Below are positions 16,362-26,989 of a stretch of DNA of 64,000 nucleotides, piece by piece. The notes below the pieces were generated by a model that worked only from the letters and a program-made list of their open reading frames with translations, had not been told where the DNA came from and did not search any database. Made by a program: the position numbers and the translations under genes. The DNA comes from a virus: positions 1-64,000 of the IMG/VR virus record IMGVR_UViG_3300037245_001295, one strand, 5' to 3'. Positions within the stretch are counted from its first letter, which is position 1; the number at the start of each line of letters is the position of its first letter.

Positions 16362-16898
16362 ATGAGTAGAACCGATCCCAACGACCCCCGTCGCTGCGAA
16401 GCGACCACCCAATCGGGTCAATGTGCCCATCAAGCTGTTGATGGGCAGAATCTTTGCGCCTACCACATGAAGGATCGCGATGTAGAGGACAAGATGTCTC
16501 TGCGTAGCTACATCCTCACAGACACGGTGCTGGCGGAGTCTGCCGGGCGTCATAGTCAGGTCGAGGAACTGAAATCCCTCCGCGAAGAAATCGCTATCTG
16601 CCGCTCCCTTGTCGAGCGGCGTTTGAATATGATCGAGAGCAACGCCGATTTGCTGGCCGCAGTCGGGCAGGTGAACTCGCTCTTTCTCACGCTTGAGAAA
16701 CTCATCTCAAGTTGCCACCGGCTGGAGACCAGCCTTGGCACATTGCTTTCCCGATCCTCTCTGCTGGAACTTGCGAAGGGTATCGTGGGCACCATCATGG
16801 ACGAGTTGGAAGGCATTGATAACTACGAGGAGATCGTTGACACGATCAGCGAGAAAATCCTTAGGCAGATTGCCAGCTACGACCCTGACGAGAAGTAA
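16362..16898 (+). CDS. Putative terminase small subunit
   Basis: N-terminal RCxA..G.C..C..H Zn motif then helical region; first gene of late operon. Confidence 0.5.
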   Translation: MSRTDPNDPRRCEATTQSGQCAHQAVDGQNLCAYHMKDRDVEDKMSLRSYILTDTVLAESAGRHSQVEELKSLREEIAICRSLVERRLNMIESNADLLAAVGQVNSLFLTLEKLISSCHRLETSLGTLLSRSSLLELAKGIVGTIMDELEGIDNYEEIVDTISEKILRQIASYDPDEK

Positions 16899-16900
16899 GC

Positions 16901-18247
16901 ATGGCGTTAGAATACCACGATACTATGGTTCCGTCGCATGAGTATGGGAACATTGGTAACGATACAGCGAAGTGGGATGATGGGTGGTTTTCGGACACTA
17001 TCCACGCTCGTAAGTTTGAAGGCGACTTGCTTGACGTGACTGCGTACACCGCAGATACCATCACCGTAAACACAATCAACGCAGTTGATGTATACATTTC
17101 CGGCTTGCTTGACGTGACGGGAGAAACTACTAGCAGGGATGATTGGCACCTCCTATCGGACTCGGCTAAACTGTATCTCGGGGCCTTTGATGACGCAGGC
17201 ATCTATTACGATGATACTGACCTCATCATTGACCCGAAGATTGTTGGTTCCGGTAAGGTATCGGTCCCGGGCTCCATTTTTGTTACCGATTACTTCGGCA
17301 TCGGTAATGAGCCTGGAAACGCAAACCAAAGAATGAATTGCGTTTTCGCGACCGAGGAAACCTCCGCGCCCCAGTATGGCTACAGGATGCTGGGCCTTTA
17401 CGGTTCCCCCGGCTCCGGCAACATGTCGCTTGAAGCATACGGAATGTTTGGCGACTTCGGCACGGCGGCCACCTACGATGGTGACTATCTTCACAATATC
17501 AATGGTGTGTGGGCTTCCGTGAGTCACCGTGGCTCTGGATTGCTAGCTGGTGCGTATGGTGGGAGATTTTCCGTTGCCGTACATGGTTCGGGAAACATCA
17601 CAAACGCAAGGGCTGGTAGCTTTTCGATAGGAGACGCGGGTGCTGGCAGTATCATCAATGCCTACGGCATGTGGGTGTCGAACATTACTGTGGGAACGAC
17701 CCTCAACTACGCGGTCTACACTAACGCTGGGATGGTTCATTTCGGAGATGATGTTGAAATCCTGGGCGACCTCACGTTCAGTGGTGCCGGTAGCGGGCTC
17801 CCTTATGCAGAGATTTACGTCTACGATGCAGGGGCCACAATTACCATTGGCGGCACCGGGATCGGCAACAAGGTGCAGATCGACACGTTTGATGCCGATG
17901 GTGTGTCAAACCTCGCAACACCCGACCACACGAATGACCACATAACAATCACAAAGGCAGGCGACTACAGAGTAGCAGTCTCGCTAACGGCGGAAAGCAC
18001 CGGGGCCGCAGCATACAATTTTGGTTTCGCAGTCTACAAAAATGATGGGGCAACACTCTTCCAGAATCTACATGCTCATCGTGAGTTTTCAGGCGCTGGT
18101 GGCGACACAGGCTCCGTCAGCATCAGCGGGATCGCAACCTTTGCGGTGGCCGACACTATCGAAGTATGGTGTTGGAACGAAACAAACACAAACAACATAG
18201 TCATCGACGACATCAACCTAAGTATCTCGATGGTCGGAGGAGCCTAA
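16901..18247 (+). CDS. Virion fibre/receptor-binding-like protein
   Basis: Gly/Asp/Thr-rich beta structure; C-terminal jelly-roll-like ITITKAGDYRV segment. Confidence 0.6.
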   Translation: MALEYHDTMVPSHEYGNIGNDTAKWDDGWFSDTIHARKFEGDLLDVTAYTADTITVNTINAVDVYISGLLDVTGETTSRDDWHLLSDSAKLYLGAFDDAGIYYDDTDLIIDPKIVGSGKVSVPGSIFVTDYFGIGNEPGNANQRMNCVFATEETSAPQYGYRMLGLYGSPGSGNMSLEAYGMFGDFGTAATYDGDYLHNINGVWASVSHRGSGLLAGAYGGRFSVAVHGSGNITNARAGSFSIGDAGAGSIINAYGMWVSNITVGTTLNYAVYTNAGMVHFGDDVEILGDLTFSGAGSGLPYAEIYVYDAGATITIGGTGIGNKVQIDTFDADGVSNLATPDHTNDHITITKAGDYRVAVSLTAESTGAAAYNFGFAVYKNDGATLFQNLHAHREFSGAGGDTGSVSISGIATFAVADTIEVWCWNETNTNNIVIDDINLSISMVGGA

Positions 18248-18248
18248 T

Positions 18249-18476
18249 ATGGCAAGTTTCACATTTGTGGTCCCGAATGAACATTTTGAAAGACTCGTAG
18301 ATGCAGTCTGCGGACTACAAAACTACAAGTGGGAAACTCGAGAAACCGAGGAGACGAAGAACCAGTTTGCAAAGAGAAAAATACGTGAGTGGCTCGTCGC
18401 TCAAGTACGCCGATGGGAGCAAGCTGAAGCACAGAAGGCCGTCACCGCAGCGTTGACGGATATTAACGTAACTTAA
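18249..18476 (+). CDS. Small protein following fibre gene
   Basis: GGAGG RBS; 75 aa. Confidence 0.7.
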   Translation: MASFTFVVPNEHFERLVDAVCGLQNYKWETRETEETKNQFAKRKIREWLVAQVRRWEQAEAQKAVTAALTDINVT

Positions 18477-18498
18477 CAACACACACTAGGAGACTCTC

Positions 18499-19221
18499 AT
18501 GGGCGTTTATTCAGATTATCTCGCACACACAGGCGTAGTTGATGTGACCGGAGACAAGGTAGCCAACCAGCGATCAGCTTATAGTGAACTTGCCGGACAC
18601 GCGGGCGATTTTGACCCCGCCTGCCCCTCCTTCCTCGAAGCGAAGGACGCGGTCAAGGTAGTCAACAAGTTTGTCGCTACGGTCAGTGGTGGTAACTTCA
18701 CACTAACCATCACGGACTTCGCTGGCACCACGTACACCACGGCCAGCATTCTTTACAACGCAAGCGCGGCCACCATCGAAGCGGCCATCGACACGGCCTG
18801 CAATGGCAGCCTTCCCAGCTTCGTTGACGAAGATATTAGCGTTGCCCTCGCCGGTGACCTGACGGCAAATGCGATGACGGTAACGTTTGATGGTGACTCT
18901 GTCACGGGCGAGAATATGGACATCTCCATCGCTGACGTGGACTTGTCTGGGGGCGGTGGCATCAACACCGTGGCCACGACGACGTATGGTCAGGACAAGC
19001 GATACGCTTGGGCAATCATGTGGGCACACGGTATGATTACCTCGGTCCCGGTACAAGGTGCCGCAATGGCCGTCGGCGCGGGACTGGACGTGACGCCTGC
19101 GAGCACGACGGCTCACTGGCCGCGAGCCGCTCTGCGTAAGATGCTCGCTTTGGAGGCTTCGATTGACGACGCCAACGTCACTCTGAAAGGCCAGTTGGAA
19201 ACCCTCTTCAACGTTGAATAA
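18499..19221 (+). CDS. Putative virion structural protein
   Basis: GGNFTLT..TASILYNASAATIEAA module typical of phage tail/Ig-like proteins. Confidence 0.6.
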   Translation: MGVYSDYLAHTGVVDVTGDKVANQRSAYSELAGHAGDFDPACPSFLEAKDAVKVVNKFVATVSGGNFTLTITDFAGTTYTTASILYNASAATIEAAIDTACNGSLPSFVDEDISVALAGDLTANAMTVTFDGDSVTGENMDISIADVDLSGGGGINTVATTTYGQDKRYAWAIMWAHGMITSVPVQGAAMAVGAGLDVTPASTTAHWPRAALRKMLALEASIDDANVTLKGQLETLFNVE

Positions 19222-19223
19222 GG

Positions 19224-20879
19224 TTGAGTATGTTTGGACCACTGTACACGCCGCCAGGACTCGTCACAGGTCTCTACCCGTACATAGACTTCCTGACGGG
19301 TAATGCCGCACCACCATGGCACGAGGGTCGTGTATTCTATGATGATGTGAACAAGACTCTCGCGGTGTACAACAGTGAATCCGAGGTGACGTTACAACTT
19401 GGTCAGGAGATTTACATCCGTGCTCACAATGACACGGGTGATGCTCTTCCCAATGGTACTCTCGTCTATATCAATGGTGCGGTGCATGGAAGTCCCTCAA
19501 TCGAGAAAGCCCGATCCGATTCGCCCAACACCACTGGCGTCATCGCGATGACGACGCATGAAATCGGGACCGATGAAGATGGCTTTTGCACCACTCTTGG
19601 ATCGGTCGGTGGTCTCAACACACTCGGGCTTGCGGTCGGCACAACGCTGTACTTGTCGGAGACAGTGGCAGGTGATTGGCAAGTCGTCGCCCCTCTCGCT
19701 CCCAACTTCCCGATTCAAATCGGCATCGTAATCGCTGAGAGTGCTACGGAAGGTAAAATACTCATCAATGTTGGCCCGACCGACGTTGCCCAAACGATGG
19801 TGATCCAAGACCTCGAAATCAACGAGGACTTGAGGGTCAATAACAAGTTCACATTGAACCCGTCAGACTCGACGTATATTGATGCCGTGACAGGTATCAC
19901 GATCACTAATGCAACGATGCGGATTCAAGGCAACGGCGGCCCAGTAGTTATCACCGCCAGCCCACAGATCGCCCCCGCTGGTACAGATGGTCAAATCGTA
20001 CTACTGCACGGCGACCATGATGTAAATACAGTTACCCTCCACGATGGAGATGGTTTACATCTTCACTCCGGTAGCGTGCTCATCATGGGGGAGCACGACC
20101 ATCTCTTCCTACAGTATGATGCAGGTTCATCCTTGTGGGAAGAAGTGTCAACCAACTTCAAGTCGTTCGATACGTGTTGGTCATTCGCATCCCCGTCTGG
20201 TTCAGCGGGCACTTTCTACATCGGTGGTTTTTACCTGCTACCAGCAACCAGTTACACACCTGCGGGCGGGACATCACTCGGCACCTTAACCACCAGCTAT
20301 GCCGCCCATGCGTTTATCGTACTGGGGGCGAACTCAACGGATATGGTTGTGCGAATCACGGGCACGTCAATTGCTGAAGATGGTACCACCACGGCCAACG
20401 ATACTGACGACATTGATACGAGCGGTGGTGTGGTTGATGACTACTTCGAGACGCCGACGAAGTGGCTAGGACAAGTCAGCGTAAGTCTTCTGAGTGGTAC
20501 CGGAGTTGTCATCAATCATGGGCTGTGCAAATACTGGGACAACCAAAATAGTGACTTCCGCGTAACTGGCATCGAAGTCACCGGGCGAGCCGGGGCCAAT
20601 GATACCGGTGTAAACTTCGCGGCGATTCGACACCGCCCCATTGGCTGGACGTATGGCGGTGGCTCCGGCGCGATTCCGCCCGCCCCGGCTGCTGACATGA
20701 ACACCGACCACGGTGTTAATAGCAACATTACGAACGGTGAGCATTTTGCATGGAAGAGAATTGGCCTGAGTGAGGAAGTCAATGGAAGCGGGAGTGAAGG
20801 ACTCATCTGCGTGGTGACAACCACCGCGAACAAGGCGATCGAGATGATGAACTGGACATTCTCGATTCGACCGAGCTAA
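19224..20879 (+). CDS. Virion fibre-like protein
   Basis: VTLQLGQE..NG..VYI.G..G.V.GLNT..LYLS pattern of phage fibre modules. Confidence 0.6.
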   Translation: MSMFGPLYTPPGLVTGLYPYIDFLTGNAAPPWHEGRVFYDDVNKTLAVYNSESEVTLQLGQEIYIRAHNDTGDALPNGTLVYINGAVHGSPSIEKARSDSPNTTGVIAMTTHEIGTDEDGFCTTLGSVGGLNTLGLAVGTTLYLSETVAGDWQVVAPLAPNFPIQIGIVIAESATEGKILINVGPTDVAQTMVIQDLEINEDLRVNNKFTLNPSDSTYIDAVTGITITNATMRIQGNGGPVVITASPQIAPAGTDGQIVLLHGDHDVNTVTLHDGDGLHLHSGSVLIMGEHDHLFLQYDAGSSLWEEVSTNFKSFDTCWSFASPSGSAGTFYIGGFYLLPATSYTPAGGTSLGTLTTSYAAHAFIVLGANSTDMVVRITGTSIAEDGTTTANDTDDIDTSGGVVDDYFETPTKWLGQVSVSLLSGTGVVINHGLCKYWDNQNSDFRVTGIEVTGRAGANDTGVNFAAIRHRPIGWTYGGGSGAIPPAPAADMNTDHGVNSNITNGEHFAWKRIGLSEEVNGSGSEGLICVVTTTANKAIEMMNWTFSIRPS

Positions 20880-20900
20880 CTAATCTTAACAAGGGAGAGT

Positions 20901-21092
20901 ATGATGACGAAATCTAAATGGCGATCCAAGACGTTTTGGGTAAATGTTGCGACCGCAGCAGTGGGTATGATTACCTATCTGGTCGGACAAGACCTTATCG
21001 CGGACAATGCTAGCCTCGTGGCGATGCTTATCGCGATCCAAGGTGCCGTCAACGTCGGCCTTCGGTTTGTGACGACCCAGCCGATCAAGTAA
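20901..21092 (+). CDS. Holin-like small membrane protein
   Basis: K.W.SKTFWVN start, two TM segments, ends LRFVTTQPI. Confidence 0.6.
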   Translation: MMTKSKWRSKTFWVNVATAAVGMITYLVGQDLIADNASLVAMLIAIQGAVNVGLRFVTTQPIK

Positions 21093-21157
21093 TCAGCGTA
21101 GTTAAGGGACGGGTCGTACCGGCCGGGCGGCCCAACCCTTTTTAAGAGGACACTAAC

Positions 21158-21685
21158 ATGCCAACATTCCCGCAAGAAATCTGGAACGGCATCACGGACG
21201 GTAGACCGGACCTCGATGTCGTGAAATCACCGTCGCACAATGATTGGCGGCTGATGCTGCACGAACTGGTAGCCATCCAAGAGTACATTCTGAACCTCTC
21301 CAGTAATATCGAAGACATGCCGAACCTGAGCGAAACCATCGGAGGCGCAACGGCACAAGTCCGAGAGATGCTGGTGACATTAGATGAACTTGCTCCGCCA
21401 GCGGAATTGAAGGAGGATGTAAGGGGTCTACAACGTGAATTGGCGGACCTGGGGGCGAATCAAGACAACCTGAGGAGCGGCGTTAAAAAGCTCCTCCTGC
21501 GGACACGCACAGTCGAAGCCCTGTTCCAGAAGCTCAAAGAGACCGTGGACGAGCAGATCGAGGTGACTAGAAACAGCGTCCGCAATCAACTAGCAGAGTA
21601 CGAGAAGTTGATGCGAGCGGACAATTTGAAACTTCAGAAACAGATTGATGAGCTACACGAAGCGCTCACCAGCACTGATATTTAA
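21158..21685 (+). CDS. Coiled-coil virion-associated protein
   Basis: Heptad pattern; N-terminal FP..W.G motif. Confidence 0.65.
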   Translation: MPTFPQEIWNGITDGRPDLDVVKSPSHNDWRLMLHELVAIQEYILNLSSNIEDMPNLSETIGGATAQVREMLVTLDELAPPAELKEDVRGLQRELADLGANQDNLRSGVKKLLLRTRTVEALFQKLKETVDEQIEVTRNSVRNQLAEYEKLMRADNLKLQKQIDELHEALTSTDI

Positions 21686-21696
21686 GGGGTGACTCT

Positions 21697-22356
21697 ATGC
21701 CACAATCAACGCCCGAATCCAAATTTCCTGATTCAGTCTGGGATGGCCTTACATCCACCACAGAGGATGTCAGCGTTGATAAGACCCCTGATAACGTAAT
21801 GGGCAACCGGCTTCGGGCGGAAATCCGTGGCGTTGAAACGTCCATGCAGCCTTTCATCGCGGACCTTACGGTCATCAACACGTACGGCTCTCCTGCCACG
21901 GTGCTGACGGTAAACGCTCTCGGCACAGGGCTCGAATGGGCGGCTAGCAGTGGTGGTGGTGGCAGCGTCATCGAACTGACAAATGACAACGCAGGGACGC
22001 TGGTTATTGGCATGGCCGTCTACGTGAAATCGGACGGCGACATGGACAAGGCGCAAGCCGATGCGGCCGGGACTACGGAGCTTCTCGGACTCGTGGCAGA
22101 TACGACCATTCTCACAACTGCGGACGGCGACGTGCAGGCCGATGGCTTCCTGGAAGCGACCACAGGCCAGTGGGACGCAGTCACAGGAGATGTGGGCGGG
22201 CTGACAGCAGGGGGCATCTACTACTTGGACCCCGACACGGCGGGGTTACTCACCAGCACAGCCCCAACCACAGTAGGACAGTATGTTGTACGTGTGGGTC
22301 AGGCGATTAGTACAACGGTAATGAACATTCGCATCGAGCAACCGATACTGCTATGA
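21697..22356 (+). CDS. Capsid fibre/decoration-like protein
   Basis: G.AVY..A.A..GL..GLTAG..YYL..G.LT.TAP..VG.A pattern. Confidence 0.6.
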   Translation: MPQSTPESKFPDSVWDGLTSTTEDVSVDKTPDNVMGNRLRAEIRGVETSMQPFIADLTVINTYGSPATVLTVNALGTGLEWAASSGGGGSVIELTNDNAGTLVIGMAVYVKSDGDMDKAQADAAGTTELLGLVADTTILTTADGDVQADGFLEATTGQWDAVTGDVGGLTAGGIYYLDPDTAGLLTSTAPTTVGQYVVRVGQAISTTVMNIRIEQPILL

Positions 22357-23480
22357 CATACATAAAACCCTTAGTAACATCGAACGGTAGGTTGGAAGCA
22401 CTCGCTGCTGGCGATTTTGTCAGCCCCGGCTCCTTCCCCCTGTGGGATACGGACGCCCTGGCTTGGACTGCCTTCAGAGAAGCCCTCAGCAATTGGATTC
22501 CGATCCATCGGCCGCAATGGACTAAGAAGGGTGTAGAGCTTGGGACCGTTGGTGCGGGCTCGGATGATTGGTACGGCGGGGTTGTAGCTCCCAACGGTAT
22601 CATCTACGGGATTCCCTACGATAGCACCACAGTGCTCAAGATAGACCCGAGCGACGATTCAACCTCGACCTTTGGCAGTATTGCTGGCGGCGCTAAGTAT
22701 GCTGGCGGCGTCCTTGGCTCGGATGGCCTCATCTACTGCATCCCGTATGATGCGACGGCTGTGAGGAAGATCGACCCAAGCGACGACTCGATGGCAACCA
22801 TCGGCACGCTCTCTGACTCCGCGATGTACTTTGGTGGTGTGCTGGCTGCCACGGGGGTCATCTACGGAGTGCCGCATGGTCAGGCGACTATTTTGAAGAT
22901 TGACGGTGACACCGTCACGGAAATCGGCACCATCGCGGGCGCAGGTAGTAAGTACGCCGGGGGTGTGTTAGCACCAAATGGCCTCGTCTATTGTATGCCT
23001 TACACCAACACCGACATTCTTACGATTGACCCGTCAGACGATTCAACCGCAGTCTTTGGCACCGTGGCTGACGGCACACACATGGGCGGCGTGCTAGCCC
23101 CGAACGGCTGTATTTACTCGCCACCGTACGGAGCCACATCCATCCTCAAGATTAACACGCACGATGACACCTTAACTGAGTTCGGCACCTTCAGCAGTAG
23201 CGCGATGTATGTCGGAGGGGCTTTGGCACCGAACGGCAGAATCTATTGTGTTCCGAGAGATGAGAACACAATTCTTGAGATTGATCCCGAGACAGACACA
23301 TATACCGAGTGGGCTGACTTCGGTGAGACGGCTAATAAATGGGTTGGTACTGTACTTGCACCCAATGGCTGCATCTACGGCATCCCGGCCGATTTCACGA
23401 CCTTCCTAAAGATTGGTGAAAACTTGGACAGCGTACTGTTGGATCAAGTGTTGTCACGCCACAGTAACAACGCGATATGA
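22353..23480 (+). CDS. Seven-repeat beta-propeller protein 1
   Basis: 7 copies of GG(V/A)LAPNG.IY.IP-like repeat. Confidence 0.8.
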   Translation: MTYIKPLVTSNGRLEALAAGDFVSPGSFPLWDTDALAWTAFREALSNWIPIHRPQWTKKGVELGTVGAGSDDWYGGVVAPNGIIYGIPYDSTTVLKIDPSDDSTSTFGSIAGGAKYAGGVLGSDGLIYCIPYDATAVRKIDPSDDSMATIGTLSDSAMYFGGVLAATGVIYGVPHGQATILKIDGDTVTEIGTIAGAGSKYAGGVLAPNGLVYCMPYTNTDILTIDPSDDSTAVFGTVADGTHMGGVLAPNGCIYSPPYGATSILKINTHDDTLTEFGTFSSSAMYVGGALAPNGRIYCVPRDENTILEIDPETDTYTEWADFGETANKWVGTVLAPNGCIYGIPADFTTFLKIGENLDSVLLDQVLSRHSNNAI

Positions 23481-23490
23481 GGGTGGAAAC

Positions 23491-23733
23491 TTGAACATAT
23501 ACAAAGTGACCCATGAAGAACGTTTGGCGATAGAAGCCTTGAACGAGGTAAGCACCAACAACCTAGTCATCGTATGTGACACTGAGGAACACGGCTGCGT
23601 TATCTGTGCGGACGACATCAACAAGCCCGTATTCGTTGAGCATCGTAAACTACTGCCCCTTACTTTGGATTCAGCAAAGATTGTCGAGCTTGTCGAGCTA
23701 ACAGGGATAGATGACGTAGAGCCCAAAAAATGA
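23491..23733 (+). CDS. Small hypothetical protein
   Basis: Between propeller genes; TTG start inferred. Confidence 0.55.
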   Translation: MNIYKVTHEERLAIEALNEVSTNNLVIVCDTEEHGCVICADDINKPVFVEHRKLLPLTLDSAKIVELVELTGIDDVEPKK

Positions 23734-24872
23734 CCTACCATAATCCACTAACGATTTCCGACGGCGGTTTGCAAAAGCTCCAATCAGGAGACTTGGTAGC
23801 CAAGGGTGATTTTCCGGCCTGGGAAACCGATGCGCCGGGCTGGGACCAGATGCGGGAAGCGATTAGTGTACGAGCCGGAGCAGGACGCGCTCAAATGAGT
23901 CTCACCACATCGACGTTCGGCACCTTAACAGCCAGCGATCAAGCCGCCGGGTGCGTGCTAGCTCCTAACGGCTACATTTATGGTATCCCCTTTGATGCGG
24001 GCGTTATGATGAAAGTAGACCCGTCCAATGATACGGCGTCAACATTTGGTAGCCCAGGGGTTGCAGGCTCAAAATGGTGCGGCGGCGTGTTGGCCCCCAA
24101 CGGCGTAATATACGCCCCGCCTTATCATAACGGTACAATTTTCAGACTAGACACCAGTGACGATTCGTTCACGTCATTTGGCTCATACCCTGGGACACAA
24201 CAATATCTCGGGGCCGTGCTTAGCGATGCTGGCAAGGTCTACTGCATCCCGAACAACAGTGAACGGGTTATAAAGATTGATCCCAGCGACAGTGATTCAC
24301 ACGGGCTAGTTGGCACTACTTATCCAGCAGCGGGTTTGAAGTGGAGTAGTGGAGTTTTGGCCCCGAACGGGTGTATTTACGGCATACCGAGGAACTGGGC
24401 GGGAGTTCTAAAGATAGACACCAGCGACGATACGACTTCTACAGTTGGTACCCTTTCTAGCGACGGCGAGAAGTGGTGGGGCGGAGTCTTAGCCCCCAAT
24501 GGCTGCATCTACGGGATTCCATATTACGCTACCTCCGTCCTGAAAATTGACCCCCGTGACGATACGATCACTACCTTTGGCAGCCTAAGCGGCGCTGCTA
24601 AATGGAAGGGCGGTGTGCTGGGTTCAGACGGTTGTATCTACGGGGTTCCGTGGGCTAGTCAAACCGTCCTGCGAATTGATCCAACCAATGACACAGCCAC
24701 CACATTTGATGCCTTAGAGGCAGGAACCCAGAAGTGGTGGGGCGGCGCACTTGCACCTAACGGTGCCATTTATTGTGTACCGCACGACGCAAATTACGTG
24801 TTAAAATATGGCACCGGAGTGTCGGGCGTGTCCGAGGATTTCTGCCTATCACGGTACTTCAACAAGCACTAG
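23730..24872 (+). CDS. Seven-repeat beta-propeller protein 2
   Basis: 7 repeats; N-terminus paralogous to 22353 gene. Confidence 0.8.
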   Translation: MTYHNPLTISDGGLQKLQSGDLVAKGDFPAWETDAPGWDQMREAISVRAGAGRAQMSLTTSTFGTLTASDQAAGCVLAPNGYIYGIPFDAGVMMKVDPSNDTASTFGSPGVAGSKWCGGVLAPNGVIYAPPYHNGTIFRLDTSDDSFTSFGSYPGTQQYLGAVLSDAGKVYCIPNNSERVIKIDPSDSDSHGLVGTTYPAAGLKWSSGVLAPNGCIYGIPRNWAGVLKIDTSDDTTSTVGTLSSDGEKWWGGVLAPNGCIYGIPYYATSVLKIDPRDDTITTFGSLSGAAKWKGGVLGSDGCIYGVPWASQTVLRIDPTNDTATTFDALEAGTQKWWGGALAPNGAIYCVPHDANYVLKYGTGVSGVSEDFCLSRYFNKH

Positions 24873-24880
24873 GAATCACA

Positions 24881-25084
24881 ATGCGGCGACACTTACGTCA
24901 ACAGCGTAAACGAGAAGTGAAACAGGCCGAGCTAACCAAGCGGCGGGTCAGTGTTAGCGGCCAATATGTAGTATGTGGGTGCGGGAAAACAATCTTCTTC
25001 GCGAACACCGATTTGTGCGAGGATTGCTGGGTAGACAACCAACTGAAATATCACGGAAACGATCAATCAGCGAAGATCAACTGA
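24881..25084 (+). CDS. Small basic Zn-ribbon protein
   Basis: CGCG..CEDC; AGGA RBS. Confidence 0.6.
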   Translation: MRRHLRQQRKREVKQAELTKRRVSVSGQYVVCGCGKTIFFANTDLCEDCWVDNQLKYHGNDQSAKIN

Positions 25085-25096
25085 AGAGGGAGAACC

Positions 25097-25930
25097 ATGG
25101 GTAACCTGAAGATCACTTTGAAGAACGCACTCTTGGGCACAGCCTTGCTGGCGATGTTGGCACTTACTGGCGTCTGCGTAGTCCCTAAGATCGCCGGCCT
25201 GACAGCGTCCGTTTCCACAGTTCAGCATGTCGAGAGGAATGTCTACAATGGGTTGACGATCTTTTCGGACGACGAAGAGAATCTCGACACGGCTAAGATC
25301 GTCCTTAAAGCTCCGATTGAAGCCGAGATCGGAGAGCTTGTGCGATTCGACGTGTCTGCGAGTTGGGCTAAATCTTTCAAGTGGGTTCTGGTACCGGAGT
25401 CGGGCGACTTTGAAGTTTATGACGGTGGGAAACGCGCAGTATTCAGTGGCCGAAAATCGGGGGAATACATGTTCATCGTAGCTTGTGCCTACGAGAATAC
25501 CGTCGATGTTATCATACACACTGTCAGAGTTGGAACCCCCATTCCGAAGCCCGGCGACTATCCGGTGGTGGCTGAGCCCGAGGCAGATGCCCTCTTTTCG
25601 GAGTGGCTTCCTTACTGGTGCTCACTCACAGTCCGCACTGAAGCAGAGACCAGAAAACTTGCAGATGGTTTTGACAGCGTTGCCGCCAAAATCTCGGCCG
25701 GAGTGTACACAACCCCTGAAGAAATTATCAAGGCCACAGGCGAAGCTAATCGACTGGCCCTTGGCGACTCGCTTGAGGCGTGGAAGATGGTCCTCCTCAG
25801 TCTACAGAATGAATTCAAAGCCCGTGCGGATGCGGGCACGCTAGCGTCCCCTGAGCAGCACGCCGACATGTGGCGGGAAGTAGCTGCCGGGCTGCGAGCC
25901 TATGCCGATCTCTTTGAGACGCTGAAATAA
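25097..25930 (+). CDS. Exported/membrane-anchored protein with beta-rich and helical domains
   Basis: N-terminal hydrophobic helix; Pro linker. Confidence 0.75.
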   Translation: MGNLKITLKNALLGTALLAMLALTGVCVVPKIAGLTASVSTVQHVERNVYNGLTIFSDDEENLDTAKIVLKAPIEAEIGELVRFDVSASWAKSFKWVLVPESGDFEVYDGGKRAVFSGRKSGEYMFIVACAYENTVDVIIHTVRVGTPIPKPGDYPVVAEPEADALFSEWLPYWCSLTVRTEAETRKLADGFDSVAAKISAGVYTTPEEIIKATGEANRLALGDSLEAWKMVLLSLQNEFKARADAGTLASPEQHADMWREVAAGLRAYADLFETLK

Positions 25931-25950
25931 CCAAACGGCAGGAGGCAACG

Positions 25951-26985
25951 ATGAATCGACGTGACGCTTTGAAGCTAATGGCTGGAACGGCTGGCGGGCT
26001 TGTGACCGGCGGTGGCTTACTGAAACCGGCTTATGCAGCAGGAATGCCTTTGGACTTGTTTGCAGATTCCGATAAACCCCTCCTCACAGGCTGGATAAGC
26101 GACACAGCGGCACGTCAACGCTTTGTCGAGAACAACAGGTATCCCTTCCTGCGTAGCCACATGGGGCAAATCAAAGGTACGGGCAAAGGTAAGAAAGTCC
26201 TCCTGTACAAGCTCTTTGAGCAAGTCACAGGGCGACCTCTGGTCCCCCACTACCAGACTATTGGTGACTGTGTGAGTCACGCCTACGGCCTGGGGGTGGA
26301 TGTCCTTACTGCTGTCCGTATTTTGATGTACAACAAGTCCGAGCAGTGGGTTGCAAAGTCGGCAACTGAGCTTATCTACGCCGGGTCTCGAATAGAAGTA
26401 GGCGGCGGCAGGATCGGCGGGGACGGCTCAATTGGCGTGTGGGCTGCTGAATTCATCCGTAAGTGGGGCGTGTTGCTCCGGCAATCTTATCTCAACGGTG
26501 CGTACGATTACACCACGTATAGTGGGCAGCTTGCCAGAGCTTTAGGCAGACGTGGCGTAGGCGTGCCGGACTCATTGGAGCCTCTTTGCAAGTTGCACCC
26601 CTTGAAGACTTGTGCCCTTGTGAACTCGTGGGAAGAGTGTCGTGATGCGGTGGCGAATGGCTACCCCGTGACCATGTGCAGCAATATTGGCTTCACGTCG
26701 AAACGAGACAGAGATGGCTTCCTCCGACGCGGACGACAGCCGTGGTACCACGCGATGGCGATCCTTGGCGTGGACGACGAGTATCGGCGCCCCGGAGCAT
26801 TGATCCAGAACAGTTGGGGCGGCGACACATGGGTCAGTGGGCCGAAGCGGCATGAGCAGCCAGACGGTAGTTTCTGGTGTGACGCTGCTACGATTGATGC
26901 CGCCATGAAACAGGGCGACAGCATCGCCCTCAGTGGTTACGTTGGGTACCCACGAGTGGACATCCCAGATTACATCATTTGGTGA
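25951..26985 (+). CDS. Papain-like (C1) cysteine peptidase with twin-arginine signal
   Basis: MNRRDALK plus hydrophobic stretch; QTIGDCVSH, HAMAILG, IQNSWG give Gln/Cys/His/Asn catalytic residues. Confidence 0.85.
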   Translation: MNRRDALKLMAGTAGGLVTGGGLLKPAYAAGMPLDLFADSDKPLLTGWISDTAARQRFVENNRYPFLRSHMGQIKGTGKGKKVLLYKLFEQVTGRPLVPHYQTIGDCVSHAYGLGVDVLTAVRILMYNKSEQWVAKSATELIYAGSRIEVGGGRIGGDGSIGVWAAEFIRKWGVLLRQSYLNGAYDYTTYSGQLARALGRRGVGVPDSLEPLCKLHPLKTCALVNSWEECRDAVANGYPVTMCSNIGFTSKRDRDGFLRRGRQPWYHAMAILGVDDEYRRPGALIQNSWGGDTWVSGPKRHEQPDGSFWCDAATIDAAMKQGDSIALSGYVGYPRVDIPDYIIW

Positions 26986-26989
26986 CATA

